Assembly: GCA_049976425.1 (NCBI GenBank)
Contig: JBMFIG010000002.1
Coordinates: forward strand, 32,001 to 96,000
Source: Thermoproteus sp.
Lineage (GTDB): Archaea > Thermoproteota > Thermoprotei > Thermoproteales > Thermoproteaceae
Reading direction: 5' to 3'
DNA: 64,000 bases
The notes beneath the pieces are model-generated. The model saw only the letters and a list, made by a program, of their open reading frames with translations, did no database searches and was not told the DNA's origin. Position 1 is the stretch's first letter. Each line of letters starts with the position of its first letter. This document shows positions 1 through 10,248 of this stretch, one piece after another. The position numbers were made by a program, and so were the translations under genes.

Positions 1-1022
1 ACAAGGTCGGCGATCCAGCTCTCGACGCCCTTTACGTCGTATAGGGCGTCGTGGAACCTCTTCGTCTTCCCGTACAGGTACTCGAAGTTGTCCAAGACGT
101 ACCGGGCCACGGAGCCTGCGTCCGAGAAGAAGTTCTCGTAGTAGTGGCCGAGCCGCTCGCCGAACTGGTCCACGTGGTTGGGGAAGAACCAGGCCAGCAC
201 CAAGACGACGGACTTCTCCTCGGAGGGCGCCAGCTTGAGAGGCGCCGTGACGACGGCCCAGAGGCCGTCCCCGGAGCGCGCGGCGGGCCCCCTGACCCTC
301 CCCTCCCTTCTGAAATCTATCCAGGCCTGCAACATCTCGAGCGAGTCGTCGTATCTCTGGAATCCGTACTCCTCGTACCCCGGCGCCCTCACTACGGCGG
401 CGTGGACCTCGCCTGCGCGCACGGCCAAAGCCATAGAGCCGTCGCGGAGCGGGCTGTCGCCGGGCTCGCCGCCGTCTTGTAGGACGACGGTGCCGCCCTT
501 GGCCTTGGCCACCGCCTTGCTGAAGGGCGACTTCAACATTGCCCAGAGCGATACGTCCAACGGCTTGTCGGAGCGGTTTCTGAACTTGACGACCGCGATA
601 AACGCCGGCAACGCCGAGTTCTTGAGATCGCCTGGGATGAACGGCGAGAGGAACTCAGCCTCGATCTCCACGGGCAGATCGTCGACGTATTTGAGCAGGG
701 CTAGGGGCGGCTCCCCGCGGTAGTCCACTCCCTTGACCGGCTTGAGCCAAGGAGCCTTATAGGGATCCCCGCCCAGGATGTAGCCGGCCGACTGCAGTTG
801 CCTCACGAGCGGCCCCTCGCCGCCGTCGACCCGCACCGCCAGGAGGAACCCCTTCTCGTCTAGGGGGTAGAGCTTCCTGTGGGCGTCTATCGTGGTCCAA
901 GGCCCGTTGTTGAATATGAGCCAGTCGTGGAGGAGGCCGTCGGCCCTTATCTCGACGGAGCCCGCGCCTATCCCGCCCAGCGCAACGCCCGACGCAATGT
1001 TGTTCGAGTATACATACCTCAT
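1..1022 (-). CDS. GH116 family glycoside hydrolase (GBA2-type beta-glucosidase), N-terminal part; runs off the window start
   Basis: Not in the ORF track. Manual minus-strand translation from ATG at 1022 gives MRYVYSNNIASGVALGGIGAGSVEIRADGLLHDWLIFNNGPW, the GxxLGGIGAGS...WxIFNN N-terminal signature of GH116. Confidence 0.85.
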   Translation of the reverse strand, partial: MRYVYSNNIASGVALGGIGAGSVEIRADGLLHDWLIFNNGPWTTIDAHRKLYPLDEKGFLLAVRVDGGEGPLVRQLQSAGYILGGDPYKAPWLKPVKGVDYRGEPPLALLKYVDDLPVEIEAEFLSPFIPGDLKNSALPAFIAVVKFRNRSDKPLDVSLWAMLKSPFSKAVAKAKGGTVVLQDGGEPGDSPLRDGSMALAVRAGEVHAAVVRAPGYEEYGFQRYDDSLEMLQAWIDFRREGRVRGPAARSGDGLWAVVTAPLKLAPSEEKSVVLVLAWFFPNHVDQFGERLGHYYENFFSDAGSVARYVLDNFEYLYGKTKRFHDALYDVKGVESWIADL

Positions 1023-1080
1023 GGATAGGTGTTATCGCGGAGTTTAAAATTATTGATCTGTTATGTCGGCGATCGGCAAG

Positions 1081-2958
1081 TTATGATACTGTTATACCTA
1101 GGAGCTTGTCCAGCGCTTCCTTGTAGCGGCGCCACCACTCCATGTAGGCCTCGTCGGAGTCGAATTTCCAGTCCTTGGCCCCGAGCTCCCTCGCCATGGT
1201 CGACACCACGTCCATAGCCCTCCTGCTCTCCCATGGCCTCGGATCTGCGCCGGCCTTGATCGAGTACTCGGCGAATCTCTTGTAGAGGCTCCTATCCATG
1301 TCGATCCCCGTCAGCTTGAAGAGATCTCCCAAGATGGGCTCCGCCCACCCTCTGTGGAATCTGCATATTCCGGCGTCTTCCACCAACGACTCCATCACGG
1401 CGCGGTCGTATGCGGTTTTGGCGAACTCCTCGGGCGGCATGTAGGTGGGGTTGTAGTTTGTCCAGTACTTCCCCTGCACGTACATGGGGGCCACCATGCC
1501 GGGCGCCCAGTAGAAGTTGGGCGTCATGTAGCCCTCGTCGCCGTACGCCACGAAGACGGCGAGGTCTCTGAACCTGACGCCGGCCTTGGCCACCCTATCG
1601 GCGTACTTAGCCTCGAAGGCCCTCGCGGCCTTCCTGATGCCCAGCCTCGCGACGTCCTCCACGGCCTCGCCGCCGCCCTCGACGAACGCCCTCAGAAGCT
1701 CGCCCGCCAATCTGGCGTTCTTCTTGGAGTCCGTCTCGGGCTTGAACTTGTAGGGGTCGAAGACGGGGGCGTCGTCTATCCCCACCTCCTCGGGCCTCAG
1801 CAGTCCGTGCTCCACAGCGTCGAAGAGCCAAGCCGTGACGTGGCCCATCTCTATGGCGTCCAGGCCGTAGGCGTCTATCTCGTCGACCAGCTTAACCGAG
1901 TCCTCGAAGGTGTAGACCCCTATGAAGGGGCCCATGGCGTGTAACGGCTCGTAGTCCACCTTCTTCCCCTGCCAGACCTTCTTGCAAGTCACGGGGCAGG
2001 GCTCGCCGCAGTTGTACCAGCTCCTCGCCTTCTCGAAGACCAGCTCGTTGAAGGGCTTCCAGAACAGCCTAAGGATCGCGTCGGCGTGCCTCACCCTCTC
2101 GTCTCTGTCCATATATATCGATTTATACCCGAAGAGCGGGACGAGGTCCCTGTAGTGGACGTAGTTGACGCCGAAGGTGCCGCCGGTGCCGAGGCTCGGG
2201 TCGAAACGGTACTTGATGGTTTTCTCCTGCAAAGACTCTAGGTACCCCTTCTTGAGCCTCACCTTGGCCACCTCGTCGATCTTGTGTATGTCGGCCACCG
2301 CCTGGTACCGCGCCCTCGCCTTGCCGCCCGCTATCAACGCCGCCAGGTTGTGGCCTTGGGCGGCGACCGTGCCGGGCCCTCCTCTCGCGGCGAAATCCTC
2401 GGCGCCTTTAGAGAGCTCGCCTTTCGGCGTCAGGTCTATGGAGGCCAGGGCCCCGTTGTAAGTGCGCCACGCCGCGGGCCCCACCACGACGGCCCGGGCG
2501 TTGTTCCTCTGGAAGAAATCCCTATAGGAGTCGTAGAGGTACTTGGTAAAGGCGTAGACGCCGCGCAGTCCCTGATATTCGTATACGAGCTTCACGGGCT
2601 CTATCTTGACCCCCTCCTGGGATGCCAGCAACGCCACGGGCTCCGGCGCTCTGCCGGTGATCACGTAGGCGTCTATGCCAGCACCCATCATCTTATAGGC
2701 GGCTCCCCCCAAGGCGCTCGAGTGGAGCCCCCTCGTCATGGGGCTTCTGAAGACGGCCACAATCCTGTGCACGCCTATGAGGCGGCCTCCGACGAATCGG
2801 CCCATGCCTATAACCAGCGGCGCCTCCGGCGATAGTGGATCATGGCGCCAGCTCTCCGCCTCCTCGTGCACCTTGAGGCCGAGGCTGACCGGGCCCTGCG
2901 CCTCCACCTCCCTCACCTCCACCGAGGATCTGCCCAAGTCCACGAAAGCGACTCGCAT
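1081..2958 (-). CDS. Tungsten-dependent aldehyde:ferredoxin oxidoreductase family, most likely glyceraldehyde-3-phosphate:ferredoxin oxidoreductase (GAPOR)
   Basis: 625 aa with AOR-family motifs (SALGG, FAARGGPG, GGTFGVNY, CGEPCPVTCKK, DYEP, GICRFHRGW). Confidence 0.85.
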   Translation of the reverse strand: MRVAFVDLGRSSVEVREVEAQGPVSLGLKVHEEAESWRHDPLSPEAPLVIGMGRFVGGRLIGVHRIVAVFRSPMTRGLHSSALGGAAYKMMGAGIDAYVITGRAPEPVALLASQEGVKIEPVKLVYEYQGLRGVYAFTKYLYDSYRDFFQRNNARAVVVGPAAWRTYNGALASIDLTPKGELSKGAEDFAARGGPGTVAAQGHNLAALIAGGKARARYQAVADIHKIDEVAKVRLKKGYLESLQEKTIKYRFDPSLGTGGTFGVNYVHYRDLVPLFGYKSIYMDRDERVRHADAILRLFWKPFNELVFEKARSWYNCGEPCPVTCKKVWQGKKVDYEPLHAMGPFIGVYTFEDSVKLVDEIDAYGLDAIEMGHVTAWLFDAVEHGLLRPEEVGIDDAPVFDPYKFKPETDSKKNARLAGELLRAFVEGGGEAVEDVARLGIRKAARAFEAKYADRVAKAGVRFRDLAVFVAYGDEGYMTPNFYWAPGMVAPMYVQGKYWTNYNPTYMPPEEFAKTAYDRAVMESLVEDAGICRFHRGWAEPILGDLFKLTGIDMDRSLYKRFAEYSIKAGADPRPWESRRAMDVVSTMARELGAKDWKFDSDEAYMEWWRRYKEALDKLLGITVS

Positions 2959-3044
2959 GGGTATACGGGTATTATTCCTCTTATCCTTTTTGGTAAACTC
3001 AATAATAATGATAAAACTTATTATGGTGTGTTATTAGGCCCTTT

Positions 3045-3431
3045 ATGGAGGTCAAAAATATCATGAGCGATCGCGTCATCTACTGCACCACGCGCGACAC
3101 CATAAGGTGCGCCGTCTCTAAAATGTACGCCTACAACATAGGCGCGGTGCTGGTCGTCGACGACGTGGGGAGCCCCGTGGGTATATTCACGGAGAGGGAC
3201 CTCGTCAAGGTCGTGGCCGAGGGGATAAGCCTCGACACGCCTCTCGAGAAGCTGGCGCCTAAGGAGCTGATAAAGGCCTACCCCAACGAGTCCGTGTTCA
3301 TGGCCGCGCAGAAGATGATCGAGCACAACATAAGGCATATACCGGTCGTCGAGGGCAATAGGGTGGTCGGCATCTTGAGCATAAGGGACGCCTTAAGGAG
3401 CTTAATAGCGCTGGAGGGGGCCTACCCCTAA
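3045..3431 (+). CDS. CBS domain pair protein
   Basis: 128 aa with IGAVLVVD...GIFTERD and IRHIPVV...GILSIRD repeats. Confidence 0.9.
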   Translation: MEVKNIMSDRVIYCTTRDTIRCAVSKMYAYNIGAVLVVDDVGSPVGIFTERDLVKVVAEGISLDTPLEKLAPKELIKAYPNESVFMAAQKMIEHNIRHIPVVEGNRVVGILSIRDALRSLIALEGAYP

Positions 3432-3463
3432 TCCTCTATTTAAGGCGATCGTTTTTTGTAGCT

Positions 3464-4144
3464 GTGAAGGAGCTACTGGCTCGCAAGGCGGTCGAGTTCG
3501 TGAGGGATGGGTCGGTCGTCGGTCTGGGCTCGGGCTCCACGGCGAAGGCCTTCATAGAGGAGCTCTCCAGGTTGGTCGCCGAGAAGGGCATAAGGATCAC
3601 CCTTGTCGCCACCAGCGTCGACAGCGAGCTGAAGGCGTTGGAGGTCGGGCTCGGCCCCTATCTGGCGCCGCCTTGGGCTGTCGACAGCATAGATCTAGCC
3701 GTTGATGGAGCCGACGAGATCTCTAGAGACAGGATATTCATAAAGGGAGGGGGCGGCGCGATGGTCCGCGAGAAGGTGATAGACTACAGGGCGTCGACCC
3801 TCGTGATAATCGCCGAGGCCCATAAGCTCGTCGATAGGTTGCCCAGCAACCGCCCGATCCCGATAGAGGTCCTGCCGGCGGCCTGGAGGCTAGTTGCGAG
3901 GGATGTGGAGAGGAGGTGGGGCGGGAAAACCGAGCTGAGGGCCTGCAGATGCGGCGGCAAGCTGGGGCCCCTGATAAGCGACAACGGCAACTTCATACTG
4001 GACTGGGTTCCCCCCGGCCCGGCCTACCCCGAGCTGGAGGACGAGCTGAAGGCCATACCCGGCGTAGTCGACACGGGCCTCTTCGCCAAGAGGAGAGACG
4101 CGGTGGTACTGCTGGCGGACGAGAGGGGAGTCTTTGCTCTATAG
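3464..4144 (+). CDS. rpiA: Ribose-5-phosphate isomerase A
   Basis: GLGSGST, DGADE, KGGGG, REK and SDNGN motifs. Confidence 0.95.
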   Translation: MKELLARKAVEFVRDGSVVGLGSGSTAKAFIEELSRLVAEKGIRITLVATSVDSELKALEVGLGPYLAPPWAVDSIDLAVDGADEISRDRIFIKGGGGAMVREKVIDYRASTLVIIAEAHKLVDRLPSNRPIPIEVLPAAWRLVARDVERRWGGKTELRACRCGGKLGPLISDNGNFILDWVPPGPAYPELEDELKAIPGVVDTGLFAKRRDAVVLLADERGVFAL

Positions 4145-4156
4145 ATCCAAGCGGCT

Positions 4157-5200
4157 CTATAGGAAGACCACCTCGGTCTTGGCGATTATTATATTGTCCT
4201 CGTCCTCGACAACCCTGACTATCGCCTCGGCGCCGGCCCTCAAGGGCCTCTCGGAGACGACTGTCACCGCGCGGTCCGTCAACGGATCGTCGGCAAGTCT
4301 GTTCGGCACCGCCAGATATTCGTTTCTGAAAATGCCGCGCCCCACTATCCTCACCTTTATCCTCTGGCCGGCCTTGACGGTCTTCGGCAGAGCTGGCCTC
4401 CTCTCGACGCCGAACGGGTTCTCCCTGCGCCAGTCCAGCCTCATCCCCAACTGCGCCTCCCATGCCTTGATTCTGCCCCAGAAGACGCCCCAGTCCACCG
4501 CCCTAACGCCTTTGGGGTTTCTGCCTCTCTTATGCGGTATGTACTTCTGTATAAGCACGGGAGGCCACCTCTTGCCCAGACCGGCGGCCCTCGCCCAGCT
4601 CGCGATCTTCGGTATCTGGTCGTCGTTGACGCCCGGTAGCCATACGGGAGAGACCAAGACGTCCATGGAGGTGTTTCTTACAACGTACTCGGCCAGCGCC
4701 ATGGCCTTCCGGGGATCGTAGTAGCTGGCGTTTGCGAGCCTCGCCGCGAGGGAGGGCTCGACGGCGTCTAGGCTGAGGTTTATTCTGTCGAGGCCGGCCT
4801 CGGCGAGCTCCTCTATCTTCCTCTCGGTGAGGGTGAACATGCGGCTCTGCATAGACACGACGGACACGCCCCTTATGGACTTCACGTCTTGGACCAGATC
4901 CACCAGCTCGTTGTAGACGGCCGGCTCGCCCATGCCGTCTATATGCACCTCGACGCCGTCGCCTTTGTACTTCACCACGGCCCTGAGGGCCTCGACAAGG
5001 GCGTCCCTCCTCACCACGAAGTCCGCCCATCTGCGGGGCTCCAGAGGGCCTGCCGCCACGGAGCAGAACACGCAGTTGAGAGGACAGAGGCTCGTCGGCC
5101 TTACCTCAACTACGTTGGTGCCTTGATCCACAATGCCGTAGTAGCGCGTCCCGATCTGCGGAAGCCCGTCGACGAAGTAGATCTCCCTCCGCCGCTCCAC
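4157..5200 (-). CDS. Archaeal radical SAM protein with C-terminal TRAM-like domain
   Basis: CPLNCVFC motif, GIVDQGTNVVEVRP and HIDGMGEP; beta-rich C-terminus. Confidence 0.85.
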   Translation of the reverse strand: MERRREIYFVDGLPQIGTRYYGIVDQGTNVVEVRPTSLCPLNCVFCSVAAGPLEPRRWADFVVRRDALVEALRAVVKYKGDGVEVHIDGMGEPAVYNELVDLVQDVKSIRGVSVVSMQSRMFTLTERKIEELAEAGLDRINLSLDAVEPSLAARLANASYYDPRKAMALAEYVVRNTSMDVLVSPVWLPGVNDDQIPKIASWARAAGLGKRWPPVLIQKYIPHKRGRNPKGVRAVDWGVFWGRIKAWEAQLGMRLDWRRENPFGVERRPALPKTVKAGQRIKVRIVGRGIFRNEYLAVPNRLADDPLTDRAVTVVSERPLRAGAEAIVRVVEDEDNIIIAKTEVVFL

Positions 5201-5283
5201 CGCTACTCGATCTACATAAAAATTAATTCCCGCGGCGCCTCACCGCGCCGGCTCGGCCGGCCCTCGGCGCCGCTAGTCCCGGC

Positions 5284-6012
5284 CTATTTTATAATGTTGA
5301 CGGGTATATAGACGTATATAGCCGTCGAGTTGTCATTGATTGAGAGAGAGGCGTATATGTGCGGGGCGAACGTCTTGTTGAGGTAGTAGCCGAGACACCT
5401 CATCCTCTGCCTCTCCGTTAAGGTTAGAGAGCCGCCTAAGGTTCCCACGAAACGGTCGCCCTGCCGGTACAAGACGCCCTCCAAGTACCCCTCTAGGGAG
5501 AACCCCGGCGGCACGTAGGCCGCCAGCTCCCGCCCGACGTCGTCTAGGCCTCCCCGGACGCTGGCCGTCGAGACGGCCTCGGCGACGCGTAGGAGCGTGA
5601 TGGGCTTGGCCCAGTCTATCCTCCCCTCAACGGTGCGGTTGAGGTAGTGCACGGCGTAGTCGAAGGCCTCCCCCGCGAAATGCGCCCCGCCTCCAAGGCT
5701 CCGCAACGGCGGATAGCGGCTCAGCCCCCTCAATGTGGCGTTGAATGTAGCCGACGCCGAGAGGTATATAGCGGGATCCGACATAGACACCGCCTTGACC
5801 GCATCGGACTCGACCAGACAGATCGTGGCGTTGGGCAGCTGGCTTGCCAGCTCCTGCCAGGCGTCCAAGGCGATTTTGACGGGCAGATATGCGCGGAGGG
5901 CCTCGTCGTAGAGATAATATATGGAGTATATCGCCACGAAGGCCGCTAGAACAATCGCGAAAATCGCCGTGGCCGCTACGGAATACACGCTATATAGTGT
6001 CTTTATCGCCAC
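5284..6012 (-). CDS. Hypothetical membrane-anchored or secreted protein
   Basis: N-terminal hydrophobic helix followed by several N-x-S/T sequons; co-oriented with neighbours. Confidence 0.6.
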   Translation of the reverse strand: MAIKTLYSVYSVAATAIFAIVLAAFVAIYSIYYLYDEALRAYLPVKIALDAWQELASQLPNATICLVESDAVKAVSMSDPAIYLSASATFNATLRGLSRYPPLRSLGGGAHFAGEAFDYAVHYLNRTVEGRIDWAKPITLLRVAEAVSTASVRGGLDDVGRELAAYVPPGFSLEGYLEGVLYRQGDRFVGTLGGSLTLTERQRMRCLGYYLNKTFAPHIYASLSINDNSTAIYVYIPVNIIK

Positions 6013-6033
6013 CTTCGCCGTCCGCCTAGCCGG

Positions 6034-6888
6034 CTATCTGAAGTAGGCCCAGCCTCTGTACTTCAGCTCCTCGCCCTTGTAGTACACCCTCCCCTCGCCC
6101 TCGACGACCTTGGCGAACGCCATATAGCCCTCGGGCACGCAACGGGGATCTACGGCGAAGACGGGGAGGTACTCCTCGCCCGCGTTTAGGACGACCTCCT
6201 CGGGCTCCACGCCTAGATTCAAGGCCTCCGAGATCACCTCCTCCGGCGCCGGCAACCTCTCCAGGATTATGTCGACCCCTCTGGCCATGGTCCACAACAC
6301 GTCCGCGACGCCGTCCGACGAGTCCATGGAGGCGGAGACGCAGTCGGGCGGCGGAGGCCTAGGCCAATCGAGCATGGGCCTCTTCAGCCACGCGATGCCC
6401 CTGGCGATTACGGGCGACCTCTCTCCCTCTCTAGACGCCACGAAGGCGAGGCCGGTGTAGCCGAACAGAGGAGGCGCGATGAGGACGTGGCCGGGCCTAG
6501 GCCTTCTGCCTATCTTTACGGGGACCGCGCCTATTGCCGCTATGTCCACCACGACCTCCCGTCCTTGGTTGAGATCGCCGCCGAGATACCTAACGCCGAA
6601 GTGGGCCGCCGCCTCCCTAATCCCGTCGAAGACCTCCCTAGCTCTTTGGGCGTCCGGAGCCGTTATGGAGCTGAGCAGGGCTTTAGGGACGGCGAACTTG
6701 ACGAACAGATCGCTCAAGGTGGCGGCGACGGCCCTCCAGCCGAGGTCGGCGTAGGTGTGGAACGGCAACTTGGCCCAGCTCTCCGCGAACCCGTCTATCT
6801 TGACGGCGAACCCGTCGACGTAGGATACGTCGTTATCCTCCTCGCCCAGCTCTTTAAGGAAAAGACGGAGGAGTACCTTCTCGTCCAC
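6034..6888 (-). CDS. thiL: Thiamine-monophosphate kinase (AIR synthase-like family)
   Basis: LSDL, LGGDLN, MDSSDG and GEEY motifs; C-terminal GW. Confidence 0.85.
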   Translation of the reverse strand: MDEKVLLRLFLKELGEEDNDVSYVDGFAVKIDGFAESWAKLPFHTYADLGWRAVAATLSDLFVKFAVPKALLSSITAPDAQRAREVFDGIREAAAHFGVRYLGGDLNQGREVVVDIAAIGAVPVKIGRRPRPGHVLIAPPLFGYTGLAFVASREGERSPVIARGIAWLKRPMLDWPRPPPPDCVSASMDSSDGVADVLWTMARGVDIILERLPAPEEVISEALNLGVEPEEVVLNAGEEYLPVFAVDPRCVPEGYMAFAKVVEGEGRVYYKGEELKYRGWAYFR

Positions 6889-7254
6889 CTACTCCACCGA
6901 CCTATAGATTAAATCGGTTACGTCGTCCACCTCCCCGTTCTTCAGAGGGGTCCAGAGAGGCGATCTGTCGCGGCAGATGATATAGCGGATTTTGGATCTG
7001 CTGTCGTCCCTCGTCACGAGGCCCTTGGCGGTCAGCCCCTCCAAAACGTGTTTGACCAAAGTGAGGGCTATAGGCGCCGTTGTGTCTATGCCGGCGAACT
7101 CCAGGACTCTGCGCGGCGTGAACGAGACGCAGTTGCCGCGGGCCTCCGAGACTATCTTGTAGAGCCCCAGTGCGACGGTCTTGGTCACCTCTCTGAAGTC
7201 CGTGATGTTAAACGGCCTCATGTAGGGGGGACTCTCGGCGAAAATAAGACTCAC
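6889..7254 (-). CDS. Hypothetical protein, possible winged-helix DNA-binding protein
   Basis: 121 aa abutting thiL; helix-helix-LTAKGLV-beta hairpin pattern. Confidence 0.55.
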   Translation of the reverse strand: MSLIFAESPPYMRPFNITDFREVTKTVALGLYKIVSEARGNCVSFTPRRVLEFAGIDTTAPIALTLVKHVLEGLTAKGLVTRDDSRSKIRYIICRDRSPLWTPLKNGEVDDVTDLIYRSVE

Positions 7255-7385
7255 AAACCGGATGGGATACCCCTAGATCCATTCTGCCTGTGATACAGGC
7301 CTCGGTCTGCCACGGTGAATGTACGGCTTAAATACGCCGGCCTGAAGACGTACAGGTCTATTACAGGGGTGATAATTGCGAGATA

Positions 7386-8165
7386 CTATAAATAGAGCGA
7401 TATCAAGATATACGTCAAGCCAAGAGATGCTTCAACTATCAAGTTGACAGCTTCATTTGTCAAGTAGCCAGACACCTTGTAGTCGGGACACCTCGGCTCG
7501 TCGTACATATCGGCGCCGCAGAAGAACTTCCTCTGCGCCACGGCGCCCACCACGCTGTCTAGGACATCGCCGGCGAAGCCCAGCCCCCAGACCACGTAGG
7601 GGTTGACGCCGAGGAGCAAGTACGAGAGGAGGGCGACGGAGGCGGCCCCCGCCAGGGAGGCCAACGTCCCGGCCAAAGTGACGCCGCCTGACGTGCCCGG
7701 CTCCACCCGCACCCAGGGCTTGGTTATCAGCCTCGGCCTTCCGCCGTAGGCCACGCCGACCTCGCTGGCCCACGTATCGGCGGTGGCTATAGCTATGGCG
7801 GCTACTGTGGCGGTCAGCGCGGGGCGGACGCCTGCCATGTACAGCAACGCGAAGAGCGCCATCGGGGTCCCCACCCCGACCACTTGAGTTATGGATCTGC
7901 CGGCCACGTCCTTAAGCCCGTGTTGGGCCTTCCAAGACCCCCTCAGCCTCGTCAAGAGGCTCGCAGACACGAAGAAGTATATGAATACTGCGAAGACGGC
8001 GATCCCGGTAGCGGCGAGAGCCCAAGCTATCAACGTACCCGCCACGGCCCCCCTCAGGTTTATGAAACGGGCTCTATACGCCGCGAAGGCGAAGGCCGGA
8101 ACGACCGCGGCTATGGCCAGCTGGGCGAGGTCCACGCCCCCCTCCAGCCTATGGTATATATCCAT
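7386..8165 (-). CDS. DUF92/TMEM19 family membrane protein
   Basis: [27 protein letters not shown] and NEAVN motifs. The start may lie slightly downstream. Confidence 0.9.
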   Translation of the reverse strand: MDIYHRLEGGVDLAQLAIAAVVPAFAFAAYRARFINLRGAVAGTLIAWALAATGIAVFAVFIYFFVSASLLTRLRGSWKAQHGLKDVAGRSITQVVGVGTPMALFALLYMAGVRPALTATVAAIAIATADTWASEVGVAYGGRPRLITKPWVRVEPGTSGGVTLAGTLASLAGAASVALLSYLLLGVNPYVVWGLGFAGDVLDSVVGAVAQRKFFCGADMYDEPRCPDYKVSGYLTNEAVNLIVEASLGLTYILISLYL

Positions 8166-8189
8166 TTAAAGAAGGTGTATGACGGCGCC

Positions 8190-9194
8190 ATGGACGTGCT
8201 CGACAGGCTGTCGGAGAAGTACGGCCCCCGCATCGAGGAGGCGTTGGCGAGGTATCTGTTGAGGGACGTGGCGGACGACTTCAAAGACGCGGTGCTCTAC
8301 CAGGTCTCCACAGGCGGCAAGCGCCTGAGGCCGATCTTGACGTTGGCGGTCGCCGAGGCCGTATCTGGCGACTACGAGAAGGCCCTGCCGGCGGCGGCCA
8401 TAGTGGAGCTCATACACAACTACAGCCTCATATACGACGACATAATCGATAGGGGCGAGGTCAGGAGGAACAAGCCGACGACGAGGGCCGCCTTCGGCGA
8501 CTACGCGGCTATCCTCATCGGCATATGGTACCGCGAGGCCATCGAGGAGGCCGTGTTGGACACGCCCAAGCCGCCGGAGTTCGCCAGAGAGGTGGCCAAA
8601 GTGATAAAGGCCATAGACGAGGGCGAGAGGCTCGACATACTCTTCGAGCTGGCCGGCCGGGACGATCCCTATTTCGTCAAGGCCAGATGGCCCTCCGTCA
8701 AGCTCGACGACTATATAAGGATGGTCGGCTTGAAGACGGGGGCCTTGATAGCGGCGGCGGCCAAATGGGGCGCCATGAGCGTCGCCGACGACAGACAGCT
8801 TGCGGACGCCGCGTGGGACTTCGGCATGAACGCCGGCATAGCCTTCCAAATAGTCGACGACGTCCTCGACATATTCGGCGACCCGAAAAAGTTCGGCAAG
8901 GAGATCGGGAAGGACATAAAGGAGCACAAGAGGGGCAACATCGTCGTGTTGCTCGGCCTTGAGGAGCTCGACGAGAGATCGCGCGGCGAGCTCCTCTCGA
9001 TCCTGTCCAAGCCGACGGTGAGCGACGAAGACGCCAGACGCGGCGTCCGTATGCTGGAGGGCACCAACGCCAAGGAGAGGGCCCTGGCCCTGGCCGACAA
9101 GTATCGGGAAAGGGCTCTTGCGAGCCTCTCCAAAATGCCGCACAATAAGGACCTAGAGGAGCTGGCGGCCTTCATAGTACAGAGGCAGTTCTGA
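8190..9194 (+). CDS. Polyprenyl diphosphate (geranylgeranyl diphosphate) synthase
   Basis: GGKRLRP, first Asp-rich DDIID...RR, KTG and FQIVDDVLD. Start set at MDVLD (8190), downstream of TTTAAA. Confidence 0.92.
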   Translation: MDVLDRLSEKYGPRIEEALARYLLRDVADDFKDAVLYQVSTGGKRLRPILTLAVAEAVSGDYEKALPAAAIVELIHNYSLIYDDIIDRGEVRRNKPTTRAAFGDYAAILIGIWYREAIEEAVLDTPKPPEFAREVAKVIKAIDEGERLDILFELAGRDDPYFVKARWPSVKLDDYIRMVGLKTGALIAAAAKWGAMSVADDRQLADAAWDFGMNAGIAFQIVDDVLDIFGDPKKFGKEIGKDIKEHKRGNIVVLLGLEELDERSRGELLSILSKPTVSDEDARRGVRMLEGTNAKERALALADKYRERALASLSKMPHNKDLEELAAFIVQRQF

Positions 9195-9913
9195 TGTTGG
9201 TGGTCAAATTCGGCGGCTCCGCCATCACGGACAAGAAGAGGCCCTACACGTATAGGTGGGGGAGGCTGAGGGCGGCCGCGCAGGCGCTTAGGGGGACGCG
9301 CGCTATACTCATACACGGGGCGGGCTCCTTCGCCCACCCACACGTGAGGGCCTTCGGCCTAACGCCGGCCGGCGTGGCCAAGACCAAGGCCGCCTTGAGG
9401 AGACAGACCGCGATGGTGGTGGAGGACTTGGCGGCCGCCGGCATCTACGCCATGCCGATCGAGCCCAGCGAGGTCTTCTGGGGCGCCAAGCTCGTCCGCA
9501 GAGAGCCCATCGACGCGGCTCTGTCGGCGGGGCTGTATCCGCTTCTCCACGGAGACGTGGTCCCGTCCGACGGCGGCTACGTCGTGGTGAGCGGCGACGA
9601 TATGGCCGTGGAGCTGGCCTCGGAGTATAGGCCTCGGGCCGTCGTCTTCTTGATGGACGTCGACGGCATATACACCGCGGAGCCGGGAACTCCAGGCGCC
9701 GTGAAGTTGAGGGAGATCGCGGGCGGCGTGGCGGGAGGGGCCGCCGGCATAGACGTGACGGGCGGCATAGCCAAGAAGGTCGAGGCCGGGCTCGCCATCG
9801 CCGGGCTCGGGATACCGGCGTACTATTGCTCCATCGACGACGTTGCCGCCGTCGCCGACCTGGCGGCGGGCAGAGAGCCGGAGACCTGTAGCGTGGCTAG
9901 GCCTAGCAGGTGA
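9194..9913 (+). CDS. Isopentenyl phosphate kinase
   Basis: KFGGSAITDK, HGAGSFAH, HGD, SGDD and DVTGG motifs; overlaps the stop of the prenyl synthase. Confidence 0.9.
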   Translation: MLVVKFGGSAITDKKRPYTYRWGRLRAAAQALRGTRAILIHGAGSFAHPHVRAFGLTPAGVAKTKAALRRQTAMVVEDLAAAGIYAMPIEPSEVFWGAKLVRREPIDAALSAGLYPLLHGDVVPSDGGYVVVSGDDMAVELASEYRPRAVVFLMDVDGIYTAEPGTPGAVKLREIAGGVAGGAAGIDVTGGIAKKVEAGLAIAGLGIPAYYCSIDDVAAVADLAAGREPETCSVARPSR

Positions 9914-10181
9914 CCGTGGGGGCGTTCGCCGTGAGGTACAACGCCAGCACTACATATATCAGCAACAAGACCACGACCGCGCCCCACAAGAGCGTGCTGT
10001 TCCTATCGCGGGCGTAGAAGACCGCGGTGGCCGTCAAGACGCCGAGGACGGTATACCACAGCAGGCCCCCGCACAGGGAGGGGAAGAGCACTATGGACCA
10101 AAAGCCCTGGAGGAATAGGGCCACTAGGACTGCGGCAACCACCGTTATGACCAAGGCGAGCTTGTCGGTCCCGCGCGGCAT
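9903..10181 (-). CDS. Small hypothetical membrane protein (about 3 TM helices)
   Basis: 92 aa hydrophobic ORF with TTTAAA upstream. Confidence 0.6.
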   Translation of the reverse strand: MPRGTDKLALVITVVAAVLVALFLQGFWSIVLFPSLCGGLLWYTVLGVLTATAVFYARDRNSTLLWGAVVVLLLIYVVLALYLTANAPTVTC

Positions 10182-10248
10182 GTACCCCGCGACGGGGGGC
10201 CCATTTAAATGTTCTTAGTGTTTTTAAACAGGTGCCGGGTTCGGTGCC

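Noticed and set aside
51-723. Plus-strand ORFs 51-482 and 178-723
   Set aside because: Shadow frames of the minus-strand GH116 gene.
7255-7385. Possible C/D sRNA or hairpin (GCCTG-TGATA-CAGGC ... CTGA)
   Set aside because: The C box and box spacing are unconvincing; probably promoter/UTR sequence.
7884-8189. N-terminal extension of the prenyl synthase in the ORF track
   Set aside because: It overlaps DUF92 antisense; family similarity begins at MDVLD (8190).
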